Virus record (IMG/VR): IMGVR_UViG_3300033407_000073
Span: 1 to 36,057 of that record
Length of the DNA: 36,057 nt
Direction: 5' to 3' (one strand)
DNA from: a virus
Lineage: Duplodnaviria; Caudoviricetes
Positions 7,833 through 16,808 of this stretch are shown here, piece after piece. The notes under the pieces are model-generated. The model worked only from the letters and a program-made list of their open reading frames with translations. It did not search any database and was not told the origin of the DNA. Made by a program: the position numbers and the translations under genes. How positions within the stretch are numbered: position 1 is the first letter of the stretch; each line of letters opens with the position of its first letter.

Positions 7833-9001
7833 CCCAGCCGACGGTCACGGTCGAAGCAGCGTTCGGGTCGTCCATGTTCGACGCCTCACCGTCATGGACT
7901 GACATCTCTGCCTACTTCCGATCCGGGAACACCGCCAGGGGCCGGGCGTCAGTCGATCAACGGTTCGAAACAGGTACCGCGTCGCTGGTCTTGGACAACC
8001 GGGACGGCCGGTTCACCGTTGATAACCCGTCGTCGCCGTACTACCCGGATGTGAAGATCGGCGTTCCGATCCGCATCACAGCGACGTGGGCCACCGTCAC
8101 CTATCCGCTGTTCTACGGGACCGCGAGGTCGTGGCCGCCGGACTATCCGACCGGGAACATCGAATCCACCGTGACGGTGCCGCTGGCGGACGGGTTCTAC
8201 AACCTGAACCTCGAGGACCTGGCCGGAGAGACATTCGACGCGCAGCCAACCGACGAGCGGATCATCGCTGTGCTCGACGCGATCGGCTGGCCCGCTGCCC
8301 TCCGCGACATTGACGACGGGGTGGCGACTGTTCAGGCGACCGATGTGGCCCTACCGAACGACGGCGGTGAACAGCCCGCCCTCGCCCACCTCCTCGACGT
8401 GGCCGAGTCCGAGGTCGGTGTGTTGTTCATGGGCGGGGACGGCAAGGTCGTGTTCCGTAACCGGGTTGCCATGTCCGCCATCGTCTCAGCCGCGACGTTC
8501 GACGGGACGGACTATCAGGAGATCGGTCTCCGATACGACGATTCGATCCTGTACAACGACATTCGGGTCGCCCGTGAGGACGGCATCCAAGTCACCTTCG
8601 TCAACACGACATCCGTAGCCGAGCATGGCCGCCGGGTGTTGACCCGGGACGTCATGCCGATGGGGAACGACCCCGAAGTGCTGAACGTCGCTGAGTGGCT
8701 GTCCACCCTGTTCGGTTCCCAGCGGCTCCGTATCGAAGGGCTCAAGTTCAAACCGTTGAAGGACACGACGCTGATGGCCTCCATGCTCAACCTGGATCTG
8801 CGGGACGCCGTCACGATCCAGATGACCCCGCCCGGTGTTGACCCGCTCAGTCAACTGTCCGCGATCGAGCATATCCGCCATGAGATCCGCCCGCAGGATT
8901 GGACGACGGTCTGGTCAGTCATCCCGCTCACCGATTTGGAGCAGCGGGAGTTCTGGATTCTCGGCACCTCCGAGCTCGACACCGAAACCCGACTCGCATA
9001 G
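7829..9001 (+). CDS. Minor tail/baseplate hub protein
   Basis: Follows tape measure; WTDISAY, RGR, LDNRDGRF, ESE.G.LF...DG...FR motifs. Confidence 0.75.
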   Translation: MTQPTVTVEAAFGSSMFDASPSWTDISAYFRSGNTARGRASVDQRFETGTASLVLDNRDGRFTVDNPSSPYYPDVKIGVPIRITATWATVTYPLFYGTARSWPPDYPTGNIESTVTVPLADGFYNLNLEDLAGETFDAQPTDERIIAVLDAIGWPAALRDIDDGVATVQATDVALPNDGGEQPALAHLLDVAESEVGVLFMGGDGKVVFRNRVAMSAIVSAATFDGTDYQEIGLRYDDSILYNDIRVAREDGIQVTFVNTTSVAEHGRRVLTRDVMPMGNDPEVLNVAEWLSTLFGSQRLRIEGLKFKPLKDTTLMASMLNLDLRDAVTIQMTPPGVDPLSQLSAIEHIRHEIRPQDWTTVWSVIPLTDLEQREFWILGTSELDTETRLA

Positions 9002-9010
9002 GAGCCCCGA

Positions 9011-9541
9011 ATGGCCTATTCCACCCCCCGCACGTGGGTAACCGCCGAGATCGTGACCGCGGCACACATGAACCAGGAAGTCCGGGACAACCTGGGCGCG
9101 GCGTTGCCGGACGAGGTGGCCGCGGTTGATTGGACCCCCACGTTGGAGGCGGCCGGGTCGAACCCTTCCACATCGGGTGTGACCGGCAAACGGTGGCGGG
9201 TCGGTCCCATCCAGTTTGTGCTTGCCCGGTTCGTTCTCTCCACCGCCGGGTCCGGGGAGTATTTCGTGACCCTCCCCACAACCGCTGCGGGGATCACCGC
9301 CAACACAGGCGCCGGGCTCGGTCAAGCGATCGGCACATTCCATGCTCGGGATATCACTCCGGCGTGGATGCTGCAGGGCAACGTCCTGTTGAAGACGGCA
9401 GACACGGTCGTGTTCCATGCGTCGTCATATGAGGGGGTCGTTGGCGGCGGGACCGAGTCCGGGATCTTGCAGCACAACGGCCCACGGGCCTGGGGTTCGG
9501 GTGACGTGTTCTCGTTCATGGCGTTCTACCCGGTCGCATGA
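9011..9541 (+). CDS. Minor tail/fibre-associated protein
   Basis: TPRTWVTAEIVTAAHMNQEVRDN N-terminus typical of tail-fibre adaptors. Confidence 0.7.
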   Translation: MAYSTPRTWVTAEIVTAAHMNQEVRDNLGAALPDEVAAVDWTPTLEAAGSNPSTSGVTGKRWRVGPIQFVLARFVLSTAGSGEYFVTLPTTAAGITANTGAGLGQAIGTFHARDITPAWMLQGNVLLKTADTVVFHASSYEGVVGGGTESGILQHNGPRAWGSGDVFSFMAFYPVA

Positions 9542-10455
9542 ACACGAATACTCTCCGCCGGTTGAACTGGTTGTGGAAGCACCGTCACACCCACGACGAC
9601 GACAACATCGCGGAGCAGTTGACGATCATCACCGGGGAGATCCAGCAGCAGGTTGATGCGGTGGCGGGCGCAGAAAACGGCGCACGTATCCATTTGACCC
9701 GCACTGCCACCCAATCGATTGGCGTGGGCGGGGAGGCTATCGACTGGGACACGTCCCATATTCCGCCGGTCGGCTTCGACGGGGCCACCCCGCTGCCTCG
9801 CAGCGACCTCCCGGTCGCACTGGTCGGCTACTACAACGTCCATGTGACGCTCGGCTGGGCCTCATGGACCGGCGGCGGTTCCGTCTGGGTTACCCGTGAG
9901 CGTGACGGGGCGGAGCAGACGATGTGGCCGCCCGCGGACGACCCGGACGTGTGGACGGCCATCGGAGCGTCCAGGTTCTCGAATACGGCACCCGCGATCC
10001 CTTGCAGGGCCGGTGATCTGATCCGGGTGTATGTCGACGCGGAGGATGCCTCGGCGCAGGACCTGGCGTCCGCGACCCTGGCGTTGTATCTGGTAGAGCG
10101 GGCGCCGGATGTGACCGGACCGATCCTCGTCACACCGGGCGTCGCCGTCCGTCCGGCGTCACCCACGAACGAGGTGTTCCACGACGCCGAATACGAGCTG
10201 TTCTACACGTCGGGCACGGTCATGGTGTCGAGGGAGTCGGACGGGACCGGCGCATACACGGTGGATAACGCTATCGACATCTACGTGAACGGGGTGCTGG
10301 AGCACACCGACTTCACGGACCCGCCAGCTGCCCGCGGTCCTACCGATATTGCCAGTTTCCTGAACCCGGGGGCGAACACGGTGCGGATCGTCCTCAGAGA
10401 TCAGAGCGGCGTGAACGTGTCGTCAACGTCGATCTGGATCGTGCCGGAGGTATGA
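9538..10455 (+). CDS. Minor tail protein, beta-rich (C-terminal LNPGANTVRI domain)
   Basis: Translationally coupled within the tail operon; composition. Confidence 0.6.
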   Translation: MNTNTLRRLNWLWKHRHTHDDDNIAEQLTIITGEIQQQVDAVAGAENGARIHLTRTATQSIGVGGEAIDWDTSHIPPVGFDGATPLPRSDLPVALVGYYNVHVTLGWASWTGGGSVWVTRERDGAEQTMWPPADDPDVWTAIGASRFSNTAPAIPCRAGDLIRVYVDAEDASAQDLASATLALYLVERAPDVTGPILVTPGVAVRPASPTNEVFHDAEYELFYTSGTVMVSRESDGTGAYTVDNAIDIYVNGVLEHTDFTDPPAARGPTDIASFLNPGANTVRIVLRDQSGVNVSSTSIWIVPEV

Positions 10456-10459
10456 CCTG

Positions 10460-10813
10460 ATGGGATGGATACCTGACCCAGGCGGCGTCACCGACCACGG
10501 GGCGCTCGCCGGGCTGACAGACGACGACCACCCGCAGTATTCGCTGGCGTCCGGTGCGCGGGCGTTCACCGGCGAGGTGGCCGGTGTCACCCCAACGGTG
10601 GACGCGTCGCTCGCGACGAAGGGATATGTGGATTCGGTCGGTGGCGGCGCGACCGTCATCCACGGGGCCACCCCACAGTCGGACGGGTCGCTTCGGTTCG
10701 CGTACGGGGTGGACGCCTCCGGCCGCCCCACCTACACAGCGGCAGGCACCGCCGACATCTCCGCAATTGTGATCCAACAGTCCGACGGCCGCTACGCGGT
10801 GAGAGAGGTTTGA
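10460..10813 (+). CDS. Tail fibre-like protein
   Basis: DHGALAGLTDDDHPQY and ATKGYVD motifs common in fibre proteins. Confidence 0.65.
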   Translation: MGWIPDPGGVTDHGALAGLTDDDHPQYSLASGARAFTGEVAGVTPTVDASLATKGYVDSVGGGATVIHGATPQSDGSLRFAYGVDASGRPTYTAAGTADISAIVIQQSDGRYAVREV

Positions 10814-10814
10814 C

Positions 10815-11180
10815 ATGGCAGACGTAACGTTCGTTCGAGCGACCGGTGGCGGCCGGGAGGACGTGTCCACGGTGGCCGCGACCGGCACCACCGAAACGCT
10901 CAACCTGGCCGACGGGAACGTCCACGACGTTACCCTCGACGATGACTGCACGTTCACGTTCTCCGGGACTGTCGCGTCGGTCGCCTGCGGGTTCACGCTG
11001 ATACTCCGCCAAGACGGCACCGGGTCGCGGCTTGTCACGTGGCCCGGCTCGGTTGACTGGCCGGGAGGTTCCGCCCCCACCCTTTCCACCGGCGCCAACG
11101 ACGTGGACGTGTTCACGTTCCTCACCATCGACAACGGGTCTACCTGGCTGGGGTTCGTCGCCGGACAGGACCTCTCGTGA
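10815..11180 (+). CDS. Tail fibre/collar-associated protein
   Basis: LILRQDGTGSRLVTWP..V.WPGG.APTLST....VD.F.F motif. Confidence 0.7.
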   Translation: MADVTFVRATGGGREDVSTVAATGTTETLNLADGNVHDVTLDDDCTFTFSGTVASVACGFTLILRQDGTGSRLVTWPGSVDWPGGSAPTLSTGANDVDVFTFLTIDNGSTWLGFVAGQDLS

Positions 11181-12481
11181 GTCTGCTGGCCCGACGGCTG
11201 AGTGTCGGCGCAGAGTTCACGCCCCTCCCCGCCGGCGACTTCGACTATCCGAGCCCCGTCCGGGACAGGGCCATCACCGAACTCAACGGTGCCAGCTCTC
11301 CGGGAACCATCGACTACCCGGCCTCCGTCTCCGCCGGGGATCGCCTAATCTTGTGGCTTGCCGGTGATACCGCTCAGACGTTCGGGGTGTCCGGGTGGAC
11401 CGAACTCGACCAGGTCTCAGGTACCGATTCGTTCGGCCTATTCTGGAAGACCGCCGACGGCACGGAGGGCGGCACCACCTTTTCTGTCACGTTCACTACC
11501 AACAGCCGTGACATTTCCGCCATCGTATGGGCGGTCCCGTCGACTGGGGATGTGGAAGCGACTGCCATCCAAACCGGCACCGGGACTTCGATCACTCTCC
11601 CCGACCTCACCCCCGCCGCCGGGGAAGACCAGTACCTGTGGCTGGTACTGCTCGGCTTCAACGGGGCGCCCGGTTTGGTGTCCGATTGGGGGGAGGGTGT
11701 TGGTGGATGGTTCTTCTCCGCTGCCCCCGGCTCGTCGGTGTCCGCCGACGTAGGCGAGTTTGTGTTGACTGCCGCGTCGGACGGGCTCAGCACCGTCACA
11801 CTGGCCGGCTCCGTGTTCAACGGGGCCGCTATCGCCGCGGTCCCTGTTGTGACAGCCGACGTATCCGAATATCCGCGTCCGGTCGGCATTGCCGAATCCA
11901 TCTGGTCATCGTTGGCGTCAAGCCAAGCCATGAACCTTCCGTCCGGGATCGTCTCGGGCGAGGTTCTTGTCGCTGAAGTATCAGTCGGCTCCGACCGAAC
12001 CCCGACGATCACCGGTTGGGATACGGTCGCCACCGACAACCAGTCCACCTTTATTCGCACCCGCATCTTCAAGAAGGTCGCGGACGGTGGCGAAGGGGCG
12101 ACCGTCACTGTCAATCTTGACGGGACCGCGAAAGGGTCGGCGATATGCCGACGCATCGAGAACGTCGACGCCACCAAGATCGAAGCGGCAACGGCGGCCG
12201 CCCTTGAAGCCGCCATCACGTTCCCGACACTCACCCCAGCGTCCGGGTCCGCCAAGATCCTATGGATCGTCGGGGCGGGGATTCTCGAAGGCAGGAGACC
12301 GTTCTTCTGGCCGCTCGGAATTTTCGACTCACCCGCCTGGATTCGGCTCGTCAGCCAGAACACTGACGAAACCGCCTCCTATTCGCAGGCCGTCTTCGCG
12401 GAGGCGTCGTCGCTGTCACCCGCCGCCGGTGAAATCGTGAACTCACGCAAAGTCGCCTATGTCATCGCCATCTACCCGTGA
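11177..12481 (+). CDS. Putative receptor-binding/adhesin protein with two tandem ~205-aa domains
   Basis: YPSPV..GW..FWKTADGTEG..ITLPDLTPAAG..LW repeated as YPRPV..GW..FKKVADGGEG..ITFPTLTPASG..LW. Confidence 0.6.
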   Translation: MSLLARRLSVGAEFTPLPAGDFDYPSPVRDRAITELNGASSPGTIDYPASVSAGDRLILWLAGDTAQTFGVSGWTELDQVSGTDSFGLFWKTADGTEGGTTFSVTFTTNSRDISAIVWAVPSTGDVEATAIQTGTGTSITLPDLTPAAGEDQYLWLVLLGFNGAPGLVSDWGEGVGGWFFSAAPGSSVSADVGEFVLTAASDGLSTVTLAGSVFNGAAIAAVPVVTADVSEYPRPVGIAESIWSSLASSQAMNLPSGIVSGEVLVAEVSVGSDRTPTITGWDTVATDNQSTFIRTRIFKKVADGGEGATVTVNLDGTAKGSAICRRIENVDATKIEAATAAALEAAITFPTLTPASGSAKILWIVGAGILEGRRPFFWPLGIFDSPAWIRLVSQNTDETASYSQAVFAEASSLSPAAGEIVNSRKVAYVIAIYP

Positions 12482-12496
12482 GCGTTGGGGCTCCGG

Positions 12497-12625
12497 TCAA
12501 TGCTCCCCGGGAGGCTCCCCCTGGGACACCCGCCGGAGTGTCCGGCGAGCGTTGACTACCTCAAGCCAGACCGCGACCATCACCCATGCGACGACCACAC
12601 CCACACCCGCAACGATCCACCTCAT
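12497..12625 (-). CDS. 42-aa membrane peptide coupled to FkbM gene
   Basis: ATGA overlap with FkbM stop; MRWIVAGVGVVVAWVMVAVWLEVVNARRTLRRVSQGEPPGEH. Confidence 0.55.
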   Translation of the reverse strand: MRWIVAGVGVVVAWVMVAVWLEVVNARRTLRRVSQGEPPGEH

Positions 12626-13461
12626 AGGACTGCCCCCATGTGGGACGGGCGAAGATAGAACAGGTTGTCGTGACGTGGCATCCGCCCATCGAAAGGCACC
12701 AGATCGGACCTCGTGTCCTTGCCACGGCTCAACCGGAACACCCGATAGTCGTTCACATCAAGGATCCACTCCATCACCCCGGACCGATCCCCGGCACCGA
12801 TCGTCGACGACTCAACGCACAAGGCGGGCGCGTCGCCAGACGCCAGCAGCCGTTCCCCGCCCTTCAACGCGTCGAGTTCCCACCCTTCGACGTCCAGTTT
12901 GATCGCCGTTGGCGGGCCGTACTCGCCGGCTAGCGAATCGAGACTTCTCACAGGTACCGGGATAGAACCCGTCCCATCCGCGAGCGTGTTCCCGGCAGCA
13001 TTGTCCAGGTCGGTGACCATCCCCGCCCCGTCCGCCACCCCGATAGCCGCATGATGGGCGGTCACATTCGACAGCCCGTTGCGACGAACGTTCGCCTCGA
13101 GGACGGCGTGAGTTCGAGGGTGAGGCTCGAAGGCGTGCACGTGAGAGGCGTACCCGGACAACGGGAGAGCGATCGCACCTATGTGAGCCCCCGCGTCGAT
13201 CACGATCCCGCCAGCAGCCACCCGGGATAGCACCTGCACCGTTCCCGCCTCGTAGGTGCCGTGGTAGTAGAGGGCGGCATCGTTCGGCCGGCCGCCACGA
13301 GGGTCGATGTCGAACCGGAAACCGGCCGCGTCAACCACCCCAGACGGCGGTTTCGGTGCGTACTTCCACGAGGCGCGGATCAGCTCTGACGGCGCCCACC
13401 GGTCAATCAGAAAAGGGACGACGCGACGTTCCAAGGCTTGAAGCGTTCTCACCCAGATCAC
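12622..13461 (-). CDS. FkbM family methyltransferase
   Basis: VIDAGAHIG, VHAFEP, IKLDVEGWELDALKG motifs. Confidence 0.92.
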   Translation of the reverse strand: MIWVRTLQALERRVVPFLIDRWAPSELIRASWKYAPKPPSGVVDAAGFRFDIDPRGGRPNDAALYYHGTYEAGTVQVLSRVAAGGIVIDAGAHIGAIALPLSGYASHVHAFEPHPRTHAVLEANVRRNGLSNVTAHHAAIGVADGAGMVTDLDNAAGNTLADGTGSIPVPVRSLDSLAGEYGPPTAIKLDVEGWELDALKGGERLLASGDAPALCVESSTIGAGDRSGVMEWILDVNDYRVFRLSRGKDTRSDLVPFDGRMPRHDNLFYLRPSHMGAVL

Positions 13462-13493
13462 CGTACCCGATGTTGTCTAGGCCAGGAGACTCA

Positions 13494-13838
13494 ATGCCCC
13501 CTGACGCCCTGACCACTGTCCAACTCCTCGGCGAACTCAACAACCGGTTCGAACGGGTCGAACGGGCCATCCTCGGTGACGACTCGATCGGCCATCTCGG
13601 ACTCGTCAAACGCACCGAAATGCTCGAGGTGCTCGGCCGTGACGCCCAGATCGTCCACGACGGCATCGACGCACGACGCATCGGCGGCGACAAGCGGACA
13701 CACGAACGCATCGACGGCGTCTTCGTCGAGCTTGCCCGAGTCGAGAAGAAGATCGATCGGCTTCTGTGGGCGTTCGCCGGGGCGGGTGCTGTCGCCGGTG
13801 GGTCGATCGCCGGGTTCGCACGTCTGATCGGCGGCTGA
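13494..13838 (+). CDS. Coiled-coil protein with C-terminal membrane helix (holin-like/lysis accessory)
   Basis: AGGAG RBS, ATG at 13494; C-terminal LLWAFAGAGAVAGGSIAGF; directly precedes endolysin. Confidence 0.6.
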   Translation: MPPDALTTVQLLGELNNRFERVERAILGDDSIGHLGLVKRTEMLEVLGRDAQIVHDGIDARRIGGDKRTHERIDGVFVELARVEKKIDRLLWAFAGAGAVAGGSIAGFARLIGG

Positions 13839-13863
13839 CCACTTATCACGAAGGAGGGCCCGT

Positions 13864-14952
13864 ATGACTGACCGTTACTTGTCGCGCGCCGACTGGAGTG
13901 CCAACACGAGCCTTCCCCGCCTCGGCTTTAACGTCGATCCGGCCAGACGCACCGAAGTACACGTCCATCACACCGCCGCAGTCGACACGTCGGACTTCAC
14001 CCGGAACCGATGGACAATCAAGAACGCCATCAAATACCAGCGGCAGCTCCAGACCATCCGCCCCGACCTCGGCAAGGACATCCCCTACACCGAAGTGTGG
14101 TATGTCTTAGAGAACCTGGACGTGGCGATCATGGAAGGCCGCGGCCTGTCCCGCACCGGGGCGCACACCGCCGGGCACAACACGGCCGGGTTCGGATGGG
14201 CGGTCGCCGGGAACTTCGACCTGGGCGACCCGGCCGCCATAGACGTGGTGATCGCGTCGATCGACAACCGGGTCCGGTGGCTCCGCAAGTCCGGGTTCCC
14301 GAACCTGACCGACACACATCCGGCAGGACGGATCGTCTACGGGCATAGGGACACGAAAGCGACAGCCTGCCCCGGTGCCCATCTGTTCGCCGCACTCCCC
14401 CGGATCACCCTCGAGGCACCAACCCCTCCACCGTCTGAGACACCACCCGACGCCCCCGCCGACGACGTGGCGATCTTGGCCGCCCCCACTGTGACACTGC
14501 CGCAGCTGCAACGCTACGCCACCGCCCGCGGAGCCACCACCCGCTACCGCGAGCTCATGCTCTACGTCTGGCACGAGTCGGCCGCCTACGGCGTCGATCC
14601 GGCGGTGCCCGCCGCCATCATGGATCACGAGACCGCCGGCGGGCACTTCGGCGGCGTGCTCGGACCCGAGCATCACAATTGGGGCGGCATCAAGACCACT
14701 ACCGGCGGCGACAACAATGATCCCGACGCGCACGTCCGATTCCCCGACGACGAGACCGGCGTGCGGGCGGTGATCCAGCATGCCGCCCTCTACGCCGGCC
14801 TGTGGATACCTGGCGAGCTGCGTGTCGATCCTCGCCACTTCGATTCGATCCGCGGGACTGCCCAGCGGATCGAATCCGACGGTTGGCGGTGGGCCGGCCC
14901 CGACCACGGTCCGAACGTCGCCGCCAAAGTCCGCCGCATCCGTCGCGCCTGA
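13864..14952 (+). CDS. Endolysin: amidase_2/PGRP-like domain + Pro-rich linker + glucosaminidase-like domain
   Basis: HHTA, GAHTAGHN, GHRD..ATACPG; then HETAGGHFGG..NWGGIK..DPRHF. Confidence 0.88.
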   Translation: MTDRYLSRADWSANTSLPRLGFNVDPARRTEVHVHHTAAVDTSDFTRNRWTIKNAIKYQRQLQTIRPDLGKDIPYTEVWYVLENLDVAIMEGRGLSRTGAHTAGHNTAGFGWAVAGNFDLGDPAAIDVVIASIDNRVRWLRKSGFPNLTDTHPAGRIVYGHRDTKATACPGAHLFAALPRITLEAPTPPPSETPPDAPADDVAILAAPTVTLPQLQRYATARGATTRYRELMLYVWHESAAYGVDPAVPAAIMDHETAGGHFGGVLGPEHHNWGGIKTTTGGDNNDPDAHVRFPDDETGVRAVIQHAALYAGLWIPGELRVDPRHFDSIRGTAQRIESDGWRWAGPDHGPNVAAKVRRIRRA

Positions 14953-14970
14953 TATCAAAGGAGATCCCAC

Positions 14971-15174
14971 ATGACGAAGATGACCTGGCCTGCGATCACC
15001 GAACGAGCCCTCTGGACGTCGATCGAATCCGCCCTGGCGGTGATCGCCGTCGAATCGCTTCTCGACGTGAACATGCCGATCCTCGCAACGGTCGGAGCGA
15101 CCACCCTCTTCTCGTTCGCCAAGTCGGTTGCTGTCCAACGACTTCAGGTGTTGGGCCGCATCGGCGTCGAATGA
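14971..15174 (+). CDS. Holin (r1t-like)
   Basis: ERALWT..ES.LAV motif, two hydrophobic segments, after endolysin. Confidence 0.75.
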   Translation: MTKMTWPAITERALWTSIESALAVIAVESLLDVNMPILATVGATTLFSFAKSVAVQRLQVLGRIGVE

Positions 15175-15287
15175 GGCGCGGCATGGACCCGTGGCTTCCC
15201 TGGGTGATCGGCGGCGCCGTCATCGTCGTGATCTCGGTCCTGGTGCTGTTGCCACGTTTGTGGGGTGGTGACGACCCACCCGGATGA
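15171..15287 (+). CDS. 38-aa membrane peptide at end of lysis module
   Basis: ATGA overlap; PWVIGGAVIVVISVLVLLP. Confidence 0.55.
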   Translation: MRRGMDPWLPWVIGGAVIVVISVLVLLPRLWGGDDPPG

Positions 15288-15316
15288 CGGATACTTTCCA
15301 TCAATCCATCGATCGA

Positions 15317-15350
15317 GACGCCCCCCGGCCATGTGCCGGGGGGCGTCCTT
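15317..15350. terminator. Hairpin terminator between convergent lysis and integrase genes
   Basis: Perfect 13-bp stem gacgccccccggc/gccggggggcgtc with 5-nt loop. Confidence 0.8.
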
Positions 15351-16181
15351 CTATTGGTCCTCGTCGTAGCTGATCGCCAGTACCACCCGGATCAGCTGCT
15401 CGTCGGTTGTCCGGGTGTAGAGACGAGTCGTCTCCAAACGCTCGTGCCGCGCGAACCTCGAGACGGTTCGTAGGTCCTTGCTCTTGTCATGTGCCGTAGT
15501 AATCGCAGTGTGACGGAGCACATGGGGGCTCACCTCGTCGATGCCCGCTTCCCGGCACACCGCTTTCGTCCATCCCCACACGGTGGCCGCCGTCACATGC
15601 TCCCTGCCGCGCGATCCGCCGAACACAAAGTCGGTCTCCCGCTTCACATATTTGAGGTCGTCACGTAGGACCGGATGGACCGGCAGCGCGTACGTCTCGT
15701 CACCCTTCCCGAGGACGCTGTACCACTCCCGTCGATCATCGAACCGGGACCACTGCACCGATGCGATCTCGGAGACCCTCAACGCCATGTACAGGCCGAA
15801 CCCGACTGCCAGGCCCTCCGGTATCCGGTAGCGGGCGGCCTTCGCCAACAGACGGGCGTCGGATACGGAGAGGGCACGGTTCCGGTAGTGCGGTTTCTTC
15901 GGCGGACGTATCGCCCCGAGCGGGGCGTCGTAGCCCACCATGTCGTAGTAGTGGGCGAGACTGGCACGCAGATGCCTGAGCGTCGAATGGGAACAGGGGA
16001 AGGATTCAGCCAGAGCTCGAAGCTGTATGGCGTCGAGTGACGCGAGGTCCAGTCCGTTGTTCTCACACCACTCTTGCGCCTGATGGACCTTCCGTTCGTA
16101 GACGTAGATGGTCCGTGCTGCCAGTCCCGTCCCCGTCAGATGGGCACGGTACCGATCCACCCACCACGGTCTAGCTGACAT
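15351..16181 (-). CDS. int: Tyrosine integrase, short XerC-like (276 aa)
   Basis: ALRVSE (R), VLGKG (K), HVLRH (HxxR), ARH...TTRLY (H, Y); no room for an arm-binding domain from ATG 16181. Confidence 0.92.
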   Translation of the reverse strand: MSARPWWVDRYRAHLTGTGLAARTIYVYERKVHQAQEWCENNGLDLASLDAIQLRALAESFPCSHSTLRHLRASLAHYYDMVGYDAPLGAIRPPKKPHYRNRALSVSDARLLAKAARYRIPEGLAVGFGLYMALRVSEIASVQWSRFDDRREWYSVLGKGDETYALPVHPVLRDDLKYVKRETDFVFGGSRGREHVTAATVWGWTKAVCREAGIDEVSPHVLRHTAITTAHDKSKDLRTVSRFARHERLETTRLYTRTTDEQLIRVVLAISYDEDQ

Positions 16182-16201
16182 GCCGTCGGATTCAATGGGA
16201 C

Positions 16202-16678
16202 CTACGCCACGTCTTCGAGCATCTTCTCGATGTTGATGATGAACTCGGTCTGACCGGGAATCTGTCCGCCCGGTTCGAGCCATTCGCCGTCAACATGGAA
16301 GTCGGAGTCGAGGTGGCAGTCGAAGCAGTGGAAACTCTCTGTGTGGTCGGTTTTGAGGTTACGACGTGATAACCGGTCACGCAGCGTGTCGTGGTTTCGC
16401 AACCCCGGAATAGCTTCCTTGAAGTCGCGAAGCTTGTTCAGCGGCTCGGTCAGCCAGTCGAACGATTCGCCGGTGACTTGAGCGACTGCCCAGATTAGCC
16501 GAACCTCGGCGTCCCTCTCCGCTAGTTCCACTCGCCGGATGATCTCGCGGCTGAGGGGTGTGTCGAGGATCGCGGATACCTCTTCTGCCAGCCGACCGAG
16601 GGTCATGTTTGCTGCCGCTCGTGCCATGCGGACACGACGTGCGACCTCTTCGTCCCCGGGTATCCCCTTCTTCTTCAT
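16202..16678 (-). CDS. Immunity repressor (XRE HTH) with ~80-aa C-terminal extension
   Basis: RVRMARAAANMTLGRLAEEV...IRRVE...VAQVTGESFDWL; AAAGG RBS; divergent from cro-like gene. Confidence 0.8.
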   Translation of the reverse strand: MKKKGIPGDEEVARRVRMARAAANMTLGRLAEEVSAILDTPLSREIIRRVELAERDAEVRLIWAVAQVTGESFDWLTEPLNKLRDFKEAIPGLRNHDTLRDRLSRRNLKTDHTESFHCFDCHLDSDFHVDGEWLEPGGQIPGQTEFIINIEKMLEDVA

Positions 16679-16715
16679 CGCTGTGCCTTTCGTTGACCGT
16701 GCCAGCCAGATGCGC

Positions 16716-16745
16716 ACTATACGCAGATTGCGCACACCCTGTCAA
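16716..16745 (-). promoter_or_regulatory. Leftward sigma-A promoter for repressor-integrase
   Basis: Minus strand TTGACA-18 nt-TATAGT. Confidence 0.75.
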
Positions 16746-16771
16746 GTAGCACACATTCCTACGCAAGATAC

Positions 16772-16800
16772 TTGACATTCCCTGCTACGCATAATACTGT
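16772..16800 (+). promoter_or_regulatory. Rightward early promoter, probably giving a near-leaderless cro mRNA
   Basis: TTGACA-17 nt-TACTGT; ATG at 16809 with no SD. Confidence 0.75.
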
Positions 16801-16808
16801 GCATCCCC

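Noticed and set aside
9011-12481. Diversity-generating retroelement or invertible fibre system
   Set aside because: No reverse transcriptase or invertase, and no near-identical nucleotide repeat pair seen; the duplication in 11177-12481 is old and visible only at protein level.
14107-15138. Long antisense ORFs (also 2087-2890, 11374-12363, 28999-29967, 34963-36021)
   Set aside because: They are shadow frames of well-supported plus-strand genes in high-GC DNA and show no motifs.
16266-16290. ggttcgagcc in the repressor gene as a tRNA-derived attP core
   Set aside because: Flanks do not form a T stem or acceptor strand.
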